Shown: piece after piece, positions 1-9,080 of the stretch
Layout of the letters: each line of letters opens with the position of its first letter
Numbering within the stretch: the first letter of the stretch is position 1
Origin: an uncultured Spirochaetota bacterium
Lineage (GTDB): Bacteria; Spirochaetota; Spirochaetia; SZUA-6; Fen-1364
Assembly (NCBI GenBank): GCA_963734545.1
Contig: CAVTHO010000007.1
Span: 544,001-608,000 of the forward strand
Direction: 5' to 3'
Length of the DNA: 64,000 bases
Notes under the pieces: model-generated
Told to the model about the DNA's origin: nothing
Seen by the model: only the letters and a program-made list of their open reading frames with translations
Database searches by the model: none
Made by a program: the position numbers and the translations under genes

Positions 1-1
1 C

Positions 2-1066
2 GGGTACAAGGATGCCGGTGACATCGTTGATGAAATCCTCGGGAATGCCGTCGCAGAGGGTTGTGAGAATCGCAGTCCCTTTTTTCATGGCTTCCAGAAG
101 AGAGATCGCGCCGCTCCCTTCTTCCACCGAGGGAAGGACGTAGATATCAGTGTGGTCGAGAAGCTTGTCCACTGAATCGACAAAGCCGGGGAACGCGACA
201 AGATCATGCAGACCGAGTTTTTCTGCGAGCCTTTTGTTCTGCCGCAGGAACACGCCGCTGCCGGCAACGATGCACCTGAAGGAGAGACCACTTTCCCTTA
301 CGATTCTGACCGCCTTGAGAAACGTGTTGATCCCTTTTCTTGGGTCCTGGCGGCAGAGCACCGTGACGGTCGGAACCCCGTCACCCGAGACCGCCTGGCC
401 AGCGGCCTCGATGTCCGAATCCCTTTCGTAGAGCTCGATGTAATACGGTACCTTGACGACTTTTTCCGGTTGAAGCCCCGGGAATTCCTTCAGGAGTATG
501 GTGCGTGTCGAGTCGTAATGGACGACGACTCTGTCAGCGCGGCTCAGCATCCGTCGTTCCACGGGAGAGTAGACGATGCGGGCAAAGAGATATGCCAGCC
601 TGATTTTCATCGCCTGTCCAAACCCGTAATCTGCCGCGGGTGAGCCGATGATGTGACCCCGGTACTCGTGCCGGTGGGTGGTGAAATACCCGACAAGGGT
701 TTTTACCGGGAGGCTGCCCCGGGACAGCTTCTTTTTCAGCTTCGCGCCCGCAATTCCCCAGATGCCGGCGCTGTACGTCACAATCTCGTCCGGTCTGAGC
801 CGATCGATGAGGGCCGTCATCCTGGCGACAAAGAGAGAGGCCGCCGGAATCGAGCCCAATCCCAGCAGGCGCGAAAAGGGATTGACGAAATGGACCAGGG
901 TCGCAAACCCCAGATCCATCTCTTCCTCGCGATCGCTGAACCCGAGGATAAAGACCTTGTAGCCCATGGAGTCCAGGATCCTGGCGACATTGTACGAGTA
1001 TGCCCCCAGACCGCCGGGTATGGTGATGGGCGATTTGCCGCTTATGACAAAAGCGACCCTGCTCAC
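2..1066 (-). CDS. Glycosyltransferase family 4 (GT-B), 3' end runs off the window
   Basis: Absent from the ORF track because its stop lies outside the window. Manual translation from GTG 1066 (overlapping the upstream stop) gives MSRVAFVISGKSPITIPGGLGAYSYNVARIL. The window-edge end, in the same frame, reads DIYVLPSVEEGSGAISLLEAMKKG...DVTGILVP, the GT4 acidic motif region. Confidence 0.88.
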   Translation of the reverse strand, partial: MSRVAFVISGKSPITIPGGLGAYSYNVARILDSMGYKVFILGFSDREEEMDLGFATLVHFVNPFSRLLGLGSIPAASLFVARMTALIDRLRPDEIVTYSAGIWGIAGAKLKKKLSRGSLPVKTLVGYFTTHRHEYRGHIIGSPAADYGFGQAMKIRLAYLFARIVYSPVERRMLSRADRVVVHYDSTRTILLKEFPGLQPEKVVKVPYYIELYERDSDIEAAGQAVSGDGVPTVTVLCRQDPRKGINTFLKAVRIVRESGLSFRCIVAGSGVFLRQNKRLAEKLGLHDLVAFPGFVDSVDKLLDHTDIYVLPSVEEGSGAISLLEAMKKGTAILTTLCDGIPEDFINDVTGILVP

Positions 1067-2175
1067 GATGAGCTCTCGAAGACAACGGAAAAATCCGAAG
1101 AGGCCCTGAGAAACTGAAGCCCGCGGAATGAGGTGCCGGCGAACGTCAGCGTGCCGCGAACGTGATTGTCCAGTCCGCGCAGCCAGACGGCCACTGGCAG
1201 ATTGTCTATCGCGCAGTCCTGAATGCGAATGGAGACAGGCACGACCTGAGCGCCGAGATTCGATAGAACGAGAAGGATTCCGACTCCCGCGTTGCCCGCG
1301 ATCCGGCAGCCTCGCACGATACAATCCTCGAAGCCGGGATCATTCCCGTTGGGTTCGAAATCTATGCCTGACATGGGCAGGGTTCCCGATGTCCCCGAGA
1401 TCTGGCTGTCCTCGATGAGAAGGCGGCGGGCGGAAATGACGCTCACTCCCTGCCGATAGCTGTCCAGGATTTCGAGATCCTGGAGCGTGAGGTCCTCGCA
1501 AGGCACACGGCCATCCGGGCCGTTCTGGATGCCGACGTAGATCGCATCCCCCCCCGCGCTCTCGATTCGAAGCCCGGCGATGCGCGCCCGTGCAACCCCA
1601 TGCAGGGAGATTGCGTGACGCCATTCGCCCTGCTCGTACGGCCTTTTCTGGTAGTCGCTTTTCCTCATTCGGAGAGTGGCCCCGTAGCCGAGAATTGCGA
1701 AGTCGGCCGCGCCGTGAGCCTGGATAAGGCAATCCCCGGCGCTTCGAAACGCACCTTTTGCGGCAAGGACAAGGACGCCCGGCTCGAGCGCAAGCTCCAC
1801 TCCACCGGAACGAAGATCGAGGGTGCGTGAGAGGATCCATGGACCTGCCATGAGGGGCACGACGATGGTTCTGGCCCCTGAATCTATCGACGCCTGGAGA
1901 GCATCGGTAGCGTCCGCTGGATTGTAGCCCCACCACGCGGCACTCACGGCAGCGCCCTCGGGAGGTCCGGCTATCCATCCCGGCGGCCGACGCTCGCGTG
2001 ATCCACCGGCGGATTCCCAGGTGGAAATGAGAGACGCAACGCGCGCCGCATACACGGCGTCACTGGTGCTCGACCTGGCCGACATGCGCGGTGGTGAAGC
2101 TCCCGCGCAGGCAGCAAGCAGCACTGTGAGAGCGAGCAGCGCGGCTGTTCGTAATTGCCTTGAAACATGACCCAT
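1063..2175 (-). CDS. Lipoprotein with right-handed parallel beta-helix (pectin-lyase-like) domain
   Basis: Signal peptide ending LLAA-C (lipobox); beta-helix-type segments GGDAIYV, RQGVSVIS, GIDFEPN, IVRGCRIAGN. Confidence 0.78.
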   Translation of the reverse strand: MGHVSRQLRTAALLALTVLLAACAGASPPRMSARSSTSDAVYAARVASLISTWESAGGSRERRPPGWIAGPPEGAAVSAAWWGYNPADATDALQASIDSGARTIVVPLMAGPWILSRTLDLRSGGVELALEPGVLVLAAKGAFRSAGDCLIQAHGAADFAILGYGATLRMRKSDYQKRPYEQGEWRHAISLHGVARARIAGLRIESAGGDAIYVGIQNGPDGRVPCEDLTLQDLEILDSYRQGVSVISARRLLIEDSQISGTSGTLPMSGIDFEPNGNDPGFEDCIVRGCRIAGNAGVGILLVLSNLGAQVVPVSIRIQDCAIDNLPVAVWLRGLDNHVRGTLTFAGTSFRGLQFLRASSDFSVVFESSS

Positions 2176-2219
2176 GACAAGCTACCCTTTGAGTATACCA
2201 TGATCTCTACGAGCATTTC

Positions 2220-3726
2220 ATGATCCTTTTTCGAATTGCGATGCGCAACCTCCTCCGTCGCGGGGGCAAGAACCTTGTCGTGGCAATTCTCATTGCGGTC
2301 GGTGTGGCCGCTTTTTTTGTCAGCAACTCCGTGCTGGAAAGCTCGATAGGCGGGATCCAGCACGCCTTCGGGGACAATTTCACCGCCGACCTGTCCATCA
2401 GCCAGCGCAGCGAGCAGTCTTTCAGCCTGTTCGGCCCCGACATTCCCGTGATCGGGGACTACGCCGCGGCGCCTCTGCTTGTGAACGCCTCCGATATCGG
2501 CGCGCGTGTCGCGCACGAACCGGGCGTGGCGCGCACTGCCTACGTTCTTTCATCGCCTCTCCTGGTGGAGGCCGGAGGCGCCCGCGACACCGGGCTGGCT
2601 CTCGGAGTCATCGGCGACGAGTACTTTTCGCTCTTCCCAGGGCCGCAGTTCACGGTCGGCGCTCCGCCTGCCAGGGGGAGCACGGGATGGATAGTGCTCA
2701 CCGAGGAATGGGCGGCAAAGATTGCGGCCGCACAGGGGCACCCTCCGGTGCCCGGCGACAAGGTGCAGCTCTCCTACTTTGGAAATCAGACTTTCACGAT
2801 CAGGGAGGTGATCCTGGCCGGTGTCATCAAGTACCAGCCTGCCAGCGACTTCCTCGGGCAGGTGATCATAGTGGATGGCCGGACCCTCCGGACGCTCTGC
2901 GGCTACGCGCAAACCGACGAACAACCCGCGCTCGAGACAAAGAGCCCGCTGCCCCGACAGGCGCGGGCGCAGGGTCAGGCGACGTCGATTCGCTCTTCTC
3001 ATCGGAATCGACTCTTCCCCCCGTCAGTGACAAGTCCGACCTGTCGTCCGCACCGGTAAGCCTGGAAGAGCTCAAGAGAATGATGAGGGAGGCGCGTCGC
3101 GCCGGAAACGCCGCGGAAGTCCCCCCGCTCGGCCATCAGGGCGCCTGGCATTTCATACTCGTGAGGACCGTGCCGGGCGCTGACAAGGGACGCGTCGCGA
3201 ATTCGCTGCGAAAGGAACTTTCCGCCGCGGGTCTCGCGGTGCAGGTGAGAGACTGGCGCGGGACTGCCGGCGCCGTCGCTCTCTACGTCTTTCTCATGCA
3301 GATCGTGCTCTACGTCGGTCTGTTCATGGTTGGCGGGATCGTCGTCATCCTGACGATGAACTCGCTGGTCATGTCCGTCTTCGAGCGCACCGCGGAGATC
3401 GGCACCATGCGCGCGATCGGCGCGCGGCGTGGATTCATTCGGAGGCTGTTCATCGTCGAGACGATCGCCCTGACCCTCACCTCGGGTGTCGCGGGCATTC
3501 TCCTTGGCGCAGGCGTGGTGATGCTTATCAACCGGGCCGGCTTTCGATTCAATAATCAGATTCTCAGTCCTCGTGTTCGGAGGCACCTCCCTTCATGCCG
3601 GCGACCTCGAGCGGCAATTTCGCGCTGTCGTTCGTCGCCTCGCTCGTCCTCGGCGCGGTGGCATGGGTATACCCTGTGCGCCTGGCTCTCCGGATCCCCC
3701 CCGTGCGCGCGATACACACCGCATGA
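2220..3726 (+). CDS. FtsX/MacB/LolC-E-type (type VII) ABC permease 1, split by indels (~2940, ~3570-3600)
   Basis: N-terminus RIAMRNLLRR plus TM; ERTAEIGTMRAIGARR motif; C-terminus AWVYPVRLALRIPPVRAIHTA* (TGA 3724-3726). Reconstructed from several frames. Confidence 0.85.
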
Positions 3727-4946
3727 TGACCGGGACCACGCTGCAGATCGCCTTTCGGAATTTCACGCGAAACAGCCGCCGTTTCATCCTGCTCGGCCTG
3801 GCCGCCTCCGCCGGTTTCTTCTTCGTCTGTACCGTGCAGAGCCTCGTTGCCGGTCTTTCGAGCCAGATCAGCACGCGCGGCGCGCGATACTACGGCGGGC
3901 ACGTGATCGTCAGCAGGGTCGAGGATTCCGCGCCCGGCATGACGACCGCTGCAGAGGACCGTTTCCTCAGGGAGGCGATTTCCCGGGCAGGAATTCACGC
4001 TGCCGCGATTTCACACCGGACCCATCTCGGATCGCGTGGAGTCGTCTTTTCCAACGGCGAGTCGGTGAAGATTCGTCGCGTCATCGGCATGGACTGGTCC
4101 ACCGAAGGCGCCAAGATTCGTGGGCTGCAATTCGTGTCCGGAAAGCCCGACGAGATGAGCGACCCAGGCGGCGCTCTGATCTCCGACGTGACCGCGCGAC
4201 TGCTGGGCGCCCGGGTCGGCGACCAGCTCATCCTGCAGGTAAACAGGGACGCGGGCGCGCTCAACACTGTTCCGCTGTGGGTGAAGGCCATCTTTCGAGA
4301 GGTGAGCATCTTCGGGTACTACACCGTGTACATGGATCGCGCCGTCCTCAACCAGGCACTCGGCAAAAACGCTGATTACAGCAGCACCATCGGTGTCTAT
4401 CTCGATGATTACCGAGCGGCGGACGGGAGCGCGTCACGCCTGCTCAAGGCTCTGGATGGCCGCTATACGGCCGCGCCGGTGGTGAGCTTCATGCCGGAGA
4501 TCAGCACGATGCTGAGGGCCCTCACCCTGGTCAGCTACGGCATCCTTGCGCTCCTGTCGATTGTGATTGCCGTCGGAATCCTCAACATGTACCGTGTGAT
4601 CATCTACGAGCGCACCCGGGAGATCGGCACGATGCGCGCCATCGGCATTCAGAGGACCCAGGTGCGAAACATCATCCTCAGCGAGGCCTTTTTCCTTGCG
4701 CTGTGCAGCATCGCGGCCGGGCTGACCTTGAGCATTCTCGCGCTATCTGCTGTTTCCCGGATCCAGTTGAGCGGCGCCGCCGGCTTCGACATCTTTCTGG
4801 ACCGTGGACATCTGAGTTGGGTGCTGTATCCTGACAATGTCGCAGTCGATGCCGTGCTCATCACCCTGATCACCCTTTTTGGCGCCCTGGGACCGGCCCG
4901 ATCTGCCCAGCCGATCGAGCCCGTGGTTGCCATCCGCGCCGAATGA
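3723..4946 (+). CDS. FtsX/MacB/LolC-E-type ABC permease 2
   Basis: MMTGTTLQIAFRNFTRN plus TM; ERTREIGTMRAIG; ends GPARSAQPIEPVVAIRAE. ATG overlaps the permease 1 stop. Confidence 0.9.
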   Translation: MMTGTTLQIAFRNFTRNSRRFILLGLAASAGFFFVCTVQSLVAGLSSQISTRGARYYGGHVIVSRVEDSAPGMTTAAEDRFLREAISRAGIHAAAISHRTHLGSRGVVFSNGESVKIRRVIGMDWSTEGAKIRGLQFVSGKPDEMSDPGGALISDVTARLLGARVGDQLILQVNRDAGALNTVPLWVKAIFREVSIFGYYTVYMDRAVLNQALGKNADYSSTIGVYLDDYRAADGSASRLLKALDGRYTAAPVVSFMPEISTMLRALTLVSYGILALLSIVIAVGILNMYRVIIYERTREIGTMRAIGIQRTQVRNIILSEAFFLALCSIAAGLTLSILALSAVSRIQLSGAAGFDIFLDRGHLSWVLYPDNVAVDAVLITLITLFGALGPARSAQPIEPVVAIRAE

Positions 4947-5767
4947 AGAGGAGCAGTATGCGAATGCCGTCCCCTGCAGCGCGACTCTGCCTGTTCCTGG
5001 CCATTGCGGCAGTCGCATTGGTGTTGCCCCGTGCGATGGAGGCGCAGGCTGCCGGCAGCCCTCCTGATTTTGTCCAGCTTCTCAGGAAAGCCGACTCCCT
5101 TGTGACATTTCCCGATTCTGATTTTTCCGCCCAGTATACATTCGTGCAGGAATCTCCCGGCCAGGGGACGAGCACCAAGCAGGCCATGGTGTTCCGGCGG
5201 GACAGGGACAACACGTACCTCATCGTCATCGTGAAGCCGGAGGAAGACAAGGGCAAGGGCTACCTGAAGTCCGGGAACAACCTCTGGTTCTACGACCCTG
5301 TATCGCGCCGCTTCACATTCACGAGCGCGAAGGATCGATTCCAGAACATGAACGCCCGCAACTCGGACTTCACGCGATCCAACCTCGCGGGGGACTACAA
5401 GGTGACCGGCTCCACCCGCCAGAAGCTGGGCAAGTACGACTGCTGGCTCCTGGACCTCCAGGCGACAAGTGACGATATCACGTTTCCGAAAATGAAGATC
5501 TGGATAGACGACGACGGTCTCGTGCGCAAGACAGAGGATTACAGCTACTCCGGCCAGCACGTGAGAACAGTGGCCTTTCCCCAGTATCAGCAGATCGGCA
5601 CCCGGTACATCCCGCAGACGGTTGTCATTTTTGACGAGCTGCGCGGCGCCACGATCAATGGCACGTTCGTCAAGGAGCAGACCACCTACACGATCGCTCG
5701 CCCGTCACTCGAACGCCTGCCTGATGCGACATTCACAAAAATATGGCTGGAAAAGCTCGGTGAATAA
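4943..5767 (+). CDS. Outer membrane lipoprotein-sorting protein (LolA-like fold)
   Basis: Signal peptide; KPEEDKGKGYLKSGNNLWFYDP and FQNMNARNSDF segments; LPDATFTK C-terminus typical of the LolA-like family found with LolC/E-like permeases. Confidence 0.85.
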   Translation: MKRSSMRMPSPAARLCLFLAIAAVALVLPRAMEAQAAGSPPDFVQLLRKADSLVTFPDSDFSAQYTFVQESPGQGTSTKQAMVFRRDRDNTYLIVIVKPEEDKGKGYLKSGNNLWFYDPVSRRFTFTSAKDRFQNMNARNSDFTRSNLAGDYKVTGSTRQKLGKYDCWLLDLQATSDDITFPKMKIWIDDDGLVRKTEDYSYSGQHVRTVAFPQYQQIGTRYIPQTVVIFDELRGATINGTFVKEQTTYTIARPSLERLPDATFTKIWLEKLGE

Positions 5768-7154
5768 GGTAAGAAGACTCGGGATCGGACGCGTGGGCCT
5801 GCGCCGGCCCGCGCTTGCGGCATTGCCGTTCTGTTTGCTCTGCGCGGGGCTTTCCGCGCAGACCCAGCCGGTTTCCGGCGACCCGGACAGCCTTTTCAAC
5901 GATGGCGCTGCCCCTTCTCCGCCGTCCTCCGACCAGCCGCCGGAAGCCGTGCCGCCGGCTCCCGCGTCGACGCGGCCGGACGACCTTACGCGCGATGATA
6001 AAATTCACTTTTTCGGGTCTGTCGACATCTATGGCCTCTCCGGGCTCGGATGGTCGCAGTTTCCGCCGCTGAGTCGACCCGGCGATAATCTGGGGACCGA
6101 TCTCGGCGGCTCCCTGACCACGAGCCTCGGATTCGAAGTGCGGCCTGCAAGCGAGCTCCGGATCCGCGGCACGCTGAGCTACTATTTCCCCGGCTCGGGC
6201 CCCTTGTTTTCCGAAATGATCGTCGACTATTCCGTTCTGAACACCGTCTTCTTCCGGATCGGGACTTTCGCCTACACCTGGGGCAACTCCCAGTTCTATC
6301 AGTTTGCCAACCTGCCGGCCCGCAGCCTCCCGGAGTGGGGGACGACGAGTGTGCCTTTCTGGGAAAAGACCAATCTCATCACCCGCACAATCCCGGAGTC
6401 AGTGCCGGTGTCGATGAAAATGAACGTGCCATTCGGATTGAACGGGCTCACATTCCTGGCCCGGTTCGACCTGGAAAATTACTTCCCGAATCCATCCGCG
6501 CCCAGCCCGAAGTACGCGGGCTACGGTCTTCAGTACGACCTGGTGACGGGTCCCATCGAGTGGAGCATCGCCGGCTTCTGGCAGTATCTCCTCACTCCTC
6601 GAACTTTCCTGGCGATGAAGACGAGCGCGGGCGGTTTCGACCTCTCCGCGGAAATGACAATGGCGTTCCCCGTGAAGTTCTCACCCGCGGGCATTTCCCG
6701 CATCAGCACGACGGGCGGAGGAATATTCGTGGGCGGCGTCCTGCAGCGCATCTATCCCACCGCGGTGGTCGGGCTGTCGCGGGAATGGCCGGACGCGCAC
6801 GTCAAGTTCTATGCGGAATATGCATTCAACGGTGAGCGTGACCCGGGCACCCCCTGGCTTGCTGACGCGACCGGGCCGGGGGGCCACAATTCGGCGGCCG
6901 GCGTCCGGTTCACCAGCCTGGGCCCGGCAGGTCTCGCCTTCAATCTGCTCTGGCAGCAGAACTGGTCGGATGGATCGGCCCTTATCGCGCCGTTTCTCGA
7001 GCTCTCCCCCGTTGACCTTGTCACGATTCAGATCGGACTCCCGATTATCTTCGGCCCTGACGACGGCGAGGTCCTCGGCAATCGTCTGGTGCCCGGCGGC
7101 AAGCGCTTCGAGCTCCTCATTCTCGTGAAGCTCAGCGCCAGCTTTCGACAGTAG
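5760..7154 (+). CDS. Exported protein, probable outer-membrane beta-barrel
   Basis: GTG 5760 overlaps the previous gene end. Signal peptide (..GLSA/Q), Pro-rich N-terminal linker, many amphipathic aromatic/Gly beta-strands, C-terminal LLILVKLSASF. Confidence 0.65.
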   Translation: MNKVRRLGIGRVGLRRPALAALPFCLLCAGLSAQTQPVSGDPDSLFNDGAAPSPPSSDQPPEAVPPAPASTRPDDLTRDDKIHFFGSVDIYGLSGLGWSQFPPLSRPGDNLGTDLGGSLTTSLGFEVRPASELRIRGTLSYYFPGSGPLFSEMIVDYSVLNTVFFRIGTFAYTWGNSQFYQFANLPARSLPEWGTTSVPFWEKTNLITRTIPESVPVSMKMNVPFGLNGLTFLARFDLENYFPNPSAPSPKYAGYGLQYDLVTGPIEWSIAGFWQYLLTPRTFLAMKTSAGGFDLSAEMTMAFPVKFSPAGISRISTTGGGIFVGGVLQRIYPTAVVGLSREWPDAHVKFYAEYAFNGERDPGTPWLADATGPGGHNSAAGVRFTSLGPAGLAFNLLWQQNWSDGSALIAPFLELSPVDLVTIQIGLPIIFGPDDGEVLGNRLVPGGKRFELLILVKLSASFRQ

Positions 7155-7160
7155 TCCGCG

Positions 7161-8171
7161 ATGGCCGGCAGAGTGATTGCGATCATCGGCGGCGCGGGCT
7201 TTATCGGGACCGAGCTCGCCCGACAGCTTCTCCAGAAAGGCGAGACGGTGCGCATCGTCGACAAAAGGACGAGCGCGATGTACCCGGCCCTGTGCCGCAC
7301 CGCCGACGTGCGGGATATTCCCGCGCTGCAGGCGGCGCTCCAGGGCGTCGAAGTCGTATACAATCTTGCCGCGGAACACAAGGACAACGTGAGGCCGCGC
7401 GAACTCTACGACGAGGTGAACGTCCAGGGCGCGAGGAATGTCTGCCGGATCGCCGCGGAGCAGGGCATCCCCGCGATCGTCTTCACGAGCTCTGTCGCGG
7501 TCTACGGGTTTGCCGCGCCGGACACGGATGAACAAGGGCCCCTTGTTCCGTTCAACGACTACGGACGCACCAAGAGGGAAGCGGAAGAGGTCTACCAGGA
7601 ATGGCGGGCAGGCGGCACGGGACGAAAGTTGACGATCGTGCGGCCGACAGTCGTATTCGGCCCGCGGAACAGGGGGAATGTCTACAACCTTCTCAGGCAA
7701 ATGGCGTCAGGGCGATTCGCGATGGTCGGCTCCGGACAGAATGTGAAGTCGATGGCATTCGTCGAAAATGTGGCGAGTTTTCTTGCGGCTGCCGCCACAT
7801 ATGGACCCGGCGGACATCTTTTCAATTACATCGACAAGCCCGACCTGTCGATGAACGAGCTGGTCCTGCTCGTGAAGCAGTGCCTCGGATTGCCCGCGCG
7901 CATAGGATTGCGGGTCCCTTATCCGGTGGCCTACCTGGGGGGGCTTGCCGCGGATCTCGCCTCGAAGGCCACCGGCAGAGAGCTTCCGATTAGCGCTATC
8001 CGGGTAAAGAAGTTTTCCGCCACCACTCAATTCAGATCTTCGCGCGTTGCCGCAACCGGGTTCGTGCCGCCCGTGCCGCTTCGTGAGGGGCTTGCGCGCA
8101 CGATCACCTACGAGTTTCTTGGAGGCCGGGAGCGTGACTCCGGGCCTGAAACGCTGTTCGAGAGCGAGTAG
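7161..8171 (+). CDS. NAD-dependent epimerase, Gnu-like (GlcNAc-PP-undecaprenol 4-epimerase family)
   Basis: GGAGFIG and YGRTK extended-SDR motifs. The segments LAAEHKDNV, NRGNVYNLL, KSMAFV, YIDKPDLSMN and RVKKFSATTQF match my recollection of E. coli O157 Gnu. Confidence 0.8.
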   Translation: MAGRVIAIIGGAGFIGTELARQLLQKGETVRIVDKRTSAMYPALCRTADVRDIPALQAALQGVEVVYNLAAEHKDNVRPRELYDEVNVQGARNVCRIAAEQGIPAIVFTSSVAVYGFAAPDTDEQGPLVPFNDYGRTKREAEEVYQEWRAGGTGRKLTIVRPTVVFGPRNRGNVYNLLRQMASGRFAMVGSGQNVKSMAFVENVASFLAAAATYGPGGHLFNYIDKPDLSMNELVLLVKQCLGLPARIGLRVPYPVAYLGGLAADLASKATGRELPISAIRVKKFSATTQFRSSRVAATGFVPPVPLREGLARTITYEFLGGRERDSGPETLFESE

Positions 8172-8216
8172 GGCTCGAGATAGATATGTCGCAGATTCAG
8201 AAAGGGGAAATGAAAA

Positions 8217-9080
8217 ATGAAACGTGCTCTTCTGGTCGGGATCAACGATTACCCGGGTACAAAGAACGATCTCCAGGGCTGCGTCAATGACATCACGAAC
8301 CTCTATGACATTCTGGTGAAGTACTTCGGCTTCGCCTCCACCGACATCGTGATGCTTTCAGACAAGCGCGCGACGAAAAAGGCAATTCTGGAGGGACTCA
8401 AGGGCCTTGTCGCGAAAAGCGGGGCAGGGGACAGTGTCGTGTTCCACTATTCGGGCCACGGGTCGCAGGTGCGGGACACGGAGGGAGACGAGCTGGCGGA
8501 CGGACTGGACGAGATCATCTGTCCGTGGGACTTCGACTGGGACGGAACGTACATCAAGGACGACGATTTCGCCGGCATCTTCGGCGGGCTCGCAAAGGGA
8601 TTGTCACTGGAGGTCATCCTCGATTCATGCCACTCGGGCACGGGGACACGGGAGATGATTATCGACAGGACCAGCCTGCGGAGCCAGCCGGCAGGGCTCC
8701 TGGACGAATCAGCCCTGTGGGCGAGCAGTCACTGCATACGTCCGCGCTACCTTGCGCCGCCTGCGGACATCGCGCTCCGGGCGGACGAGATTTTCGGTGA
8801 ACCCCTGAAGCTGCGCCGCATCGGAGACGAAGGGCTTCTGAACCACGTGCTGTGGGCTGCGTGCCGTTCGGACCAGTATTCGGCTGATGCTGATGTGGGG
8901 GGCAGGCCGGGGGGAGCGTTCACCTATTTCTTCTGCAAGCACATCAGGGACACGGCGGGGAAGGTGAGCCGGACAAGCCTGATGAAGCTGGTGCGGGCGT
9001 CCTTGAAGCACGAAGGATTTTCACAAGTGCCTCAGCTCGAATGTCCCGAAAGTCTCAAGAAGGCAGGTGTATTCGCCTAG
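8217..9080 (+). CDS. Caspase-family cysteine protease (metacaspase-like, peptidase C14)
   Basis: ALLVGINDY, LQGCVND, catalytic His in FHYSGHG and Cys in LDSCHSG, GAFTYFF, QVPQL. Confidence 0.93.
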   Translation: MKRALLVGINDYPGTKNDLQGCVNDITNLYDILVKYFGFASTDIVMLSDKRATKKAILEGLKGLVAKSGAGDSVVFHYSGHGSQVRDTEGDELADGLDEIICPWDFDWDGTYIKDDDFAGIFGGLAKGLSLEVILDSCHSGTGTREMIIDRTSLRSQPAGLLDESALWASSHCIRPRYLAPPADIALRADEIFGEPLKLRRIGDEGLLNHVLWAACRSDQYSADADVGGRPGGAFTYFFCKHIRDTAGKVSRTSLMKLVRASLKHEGFSQVPQLECPESLKKAGVFA

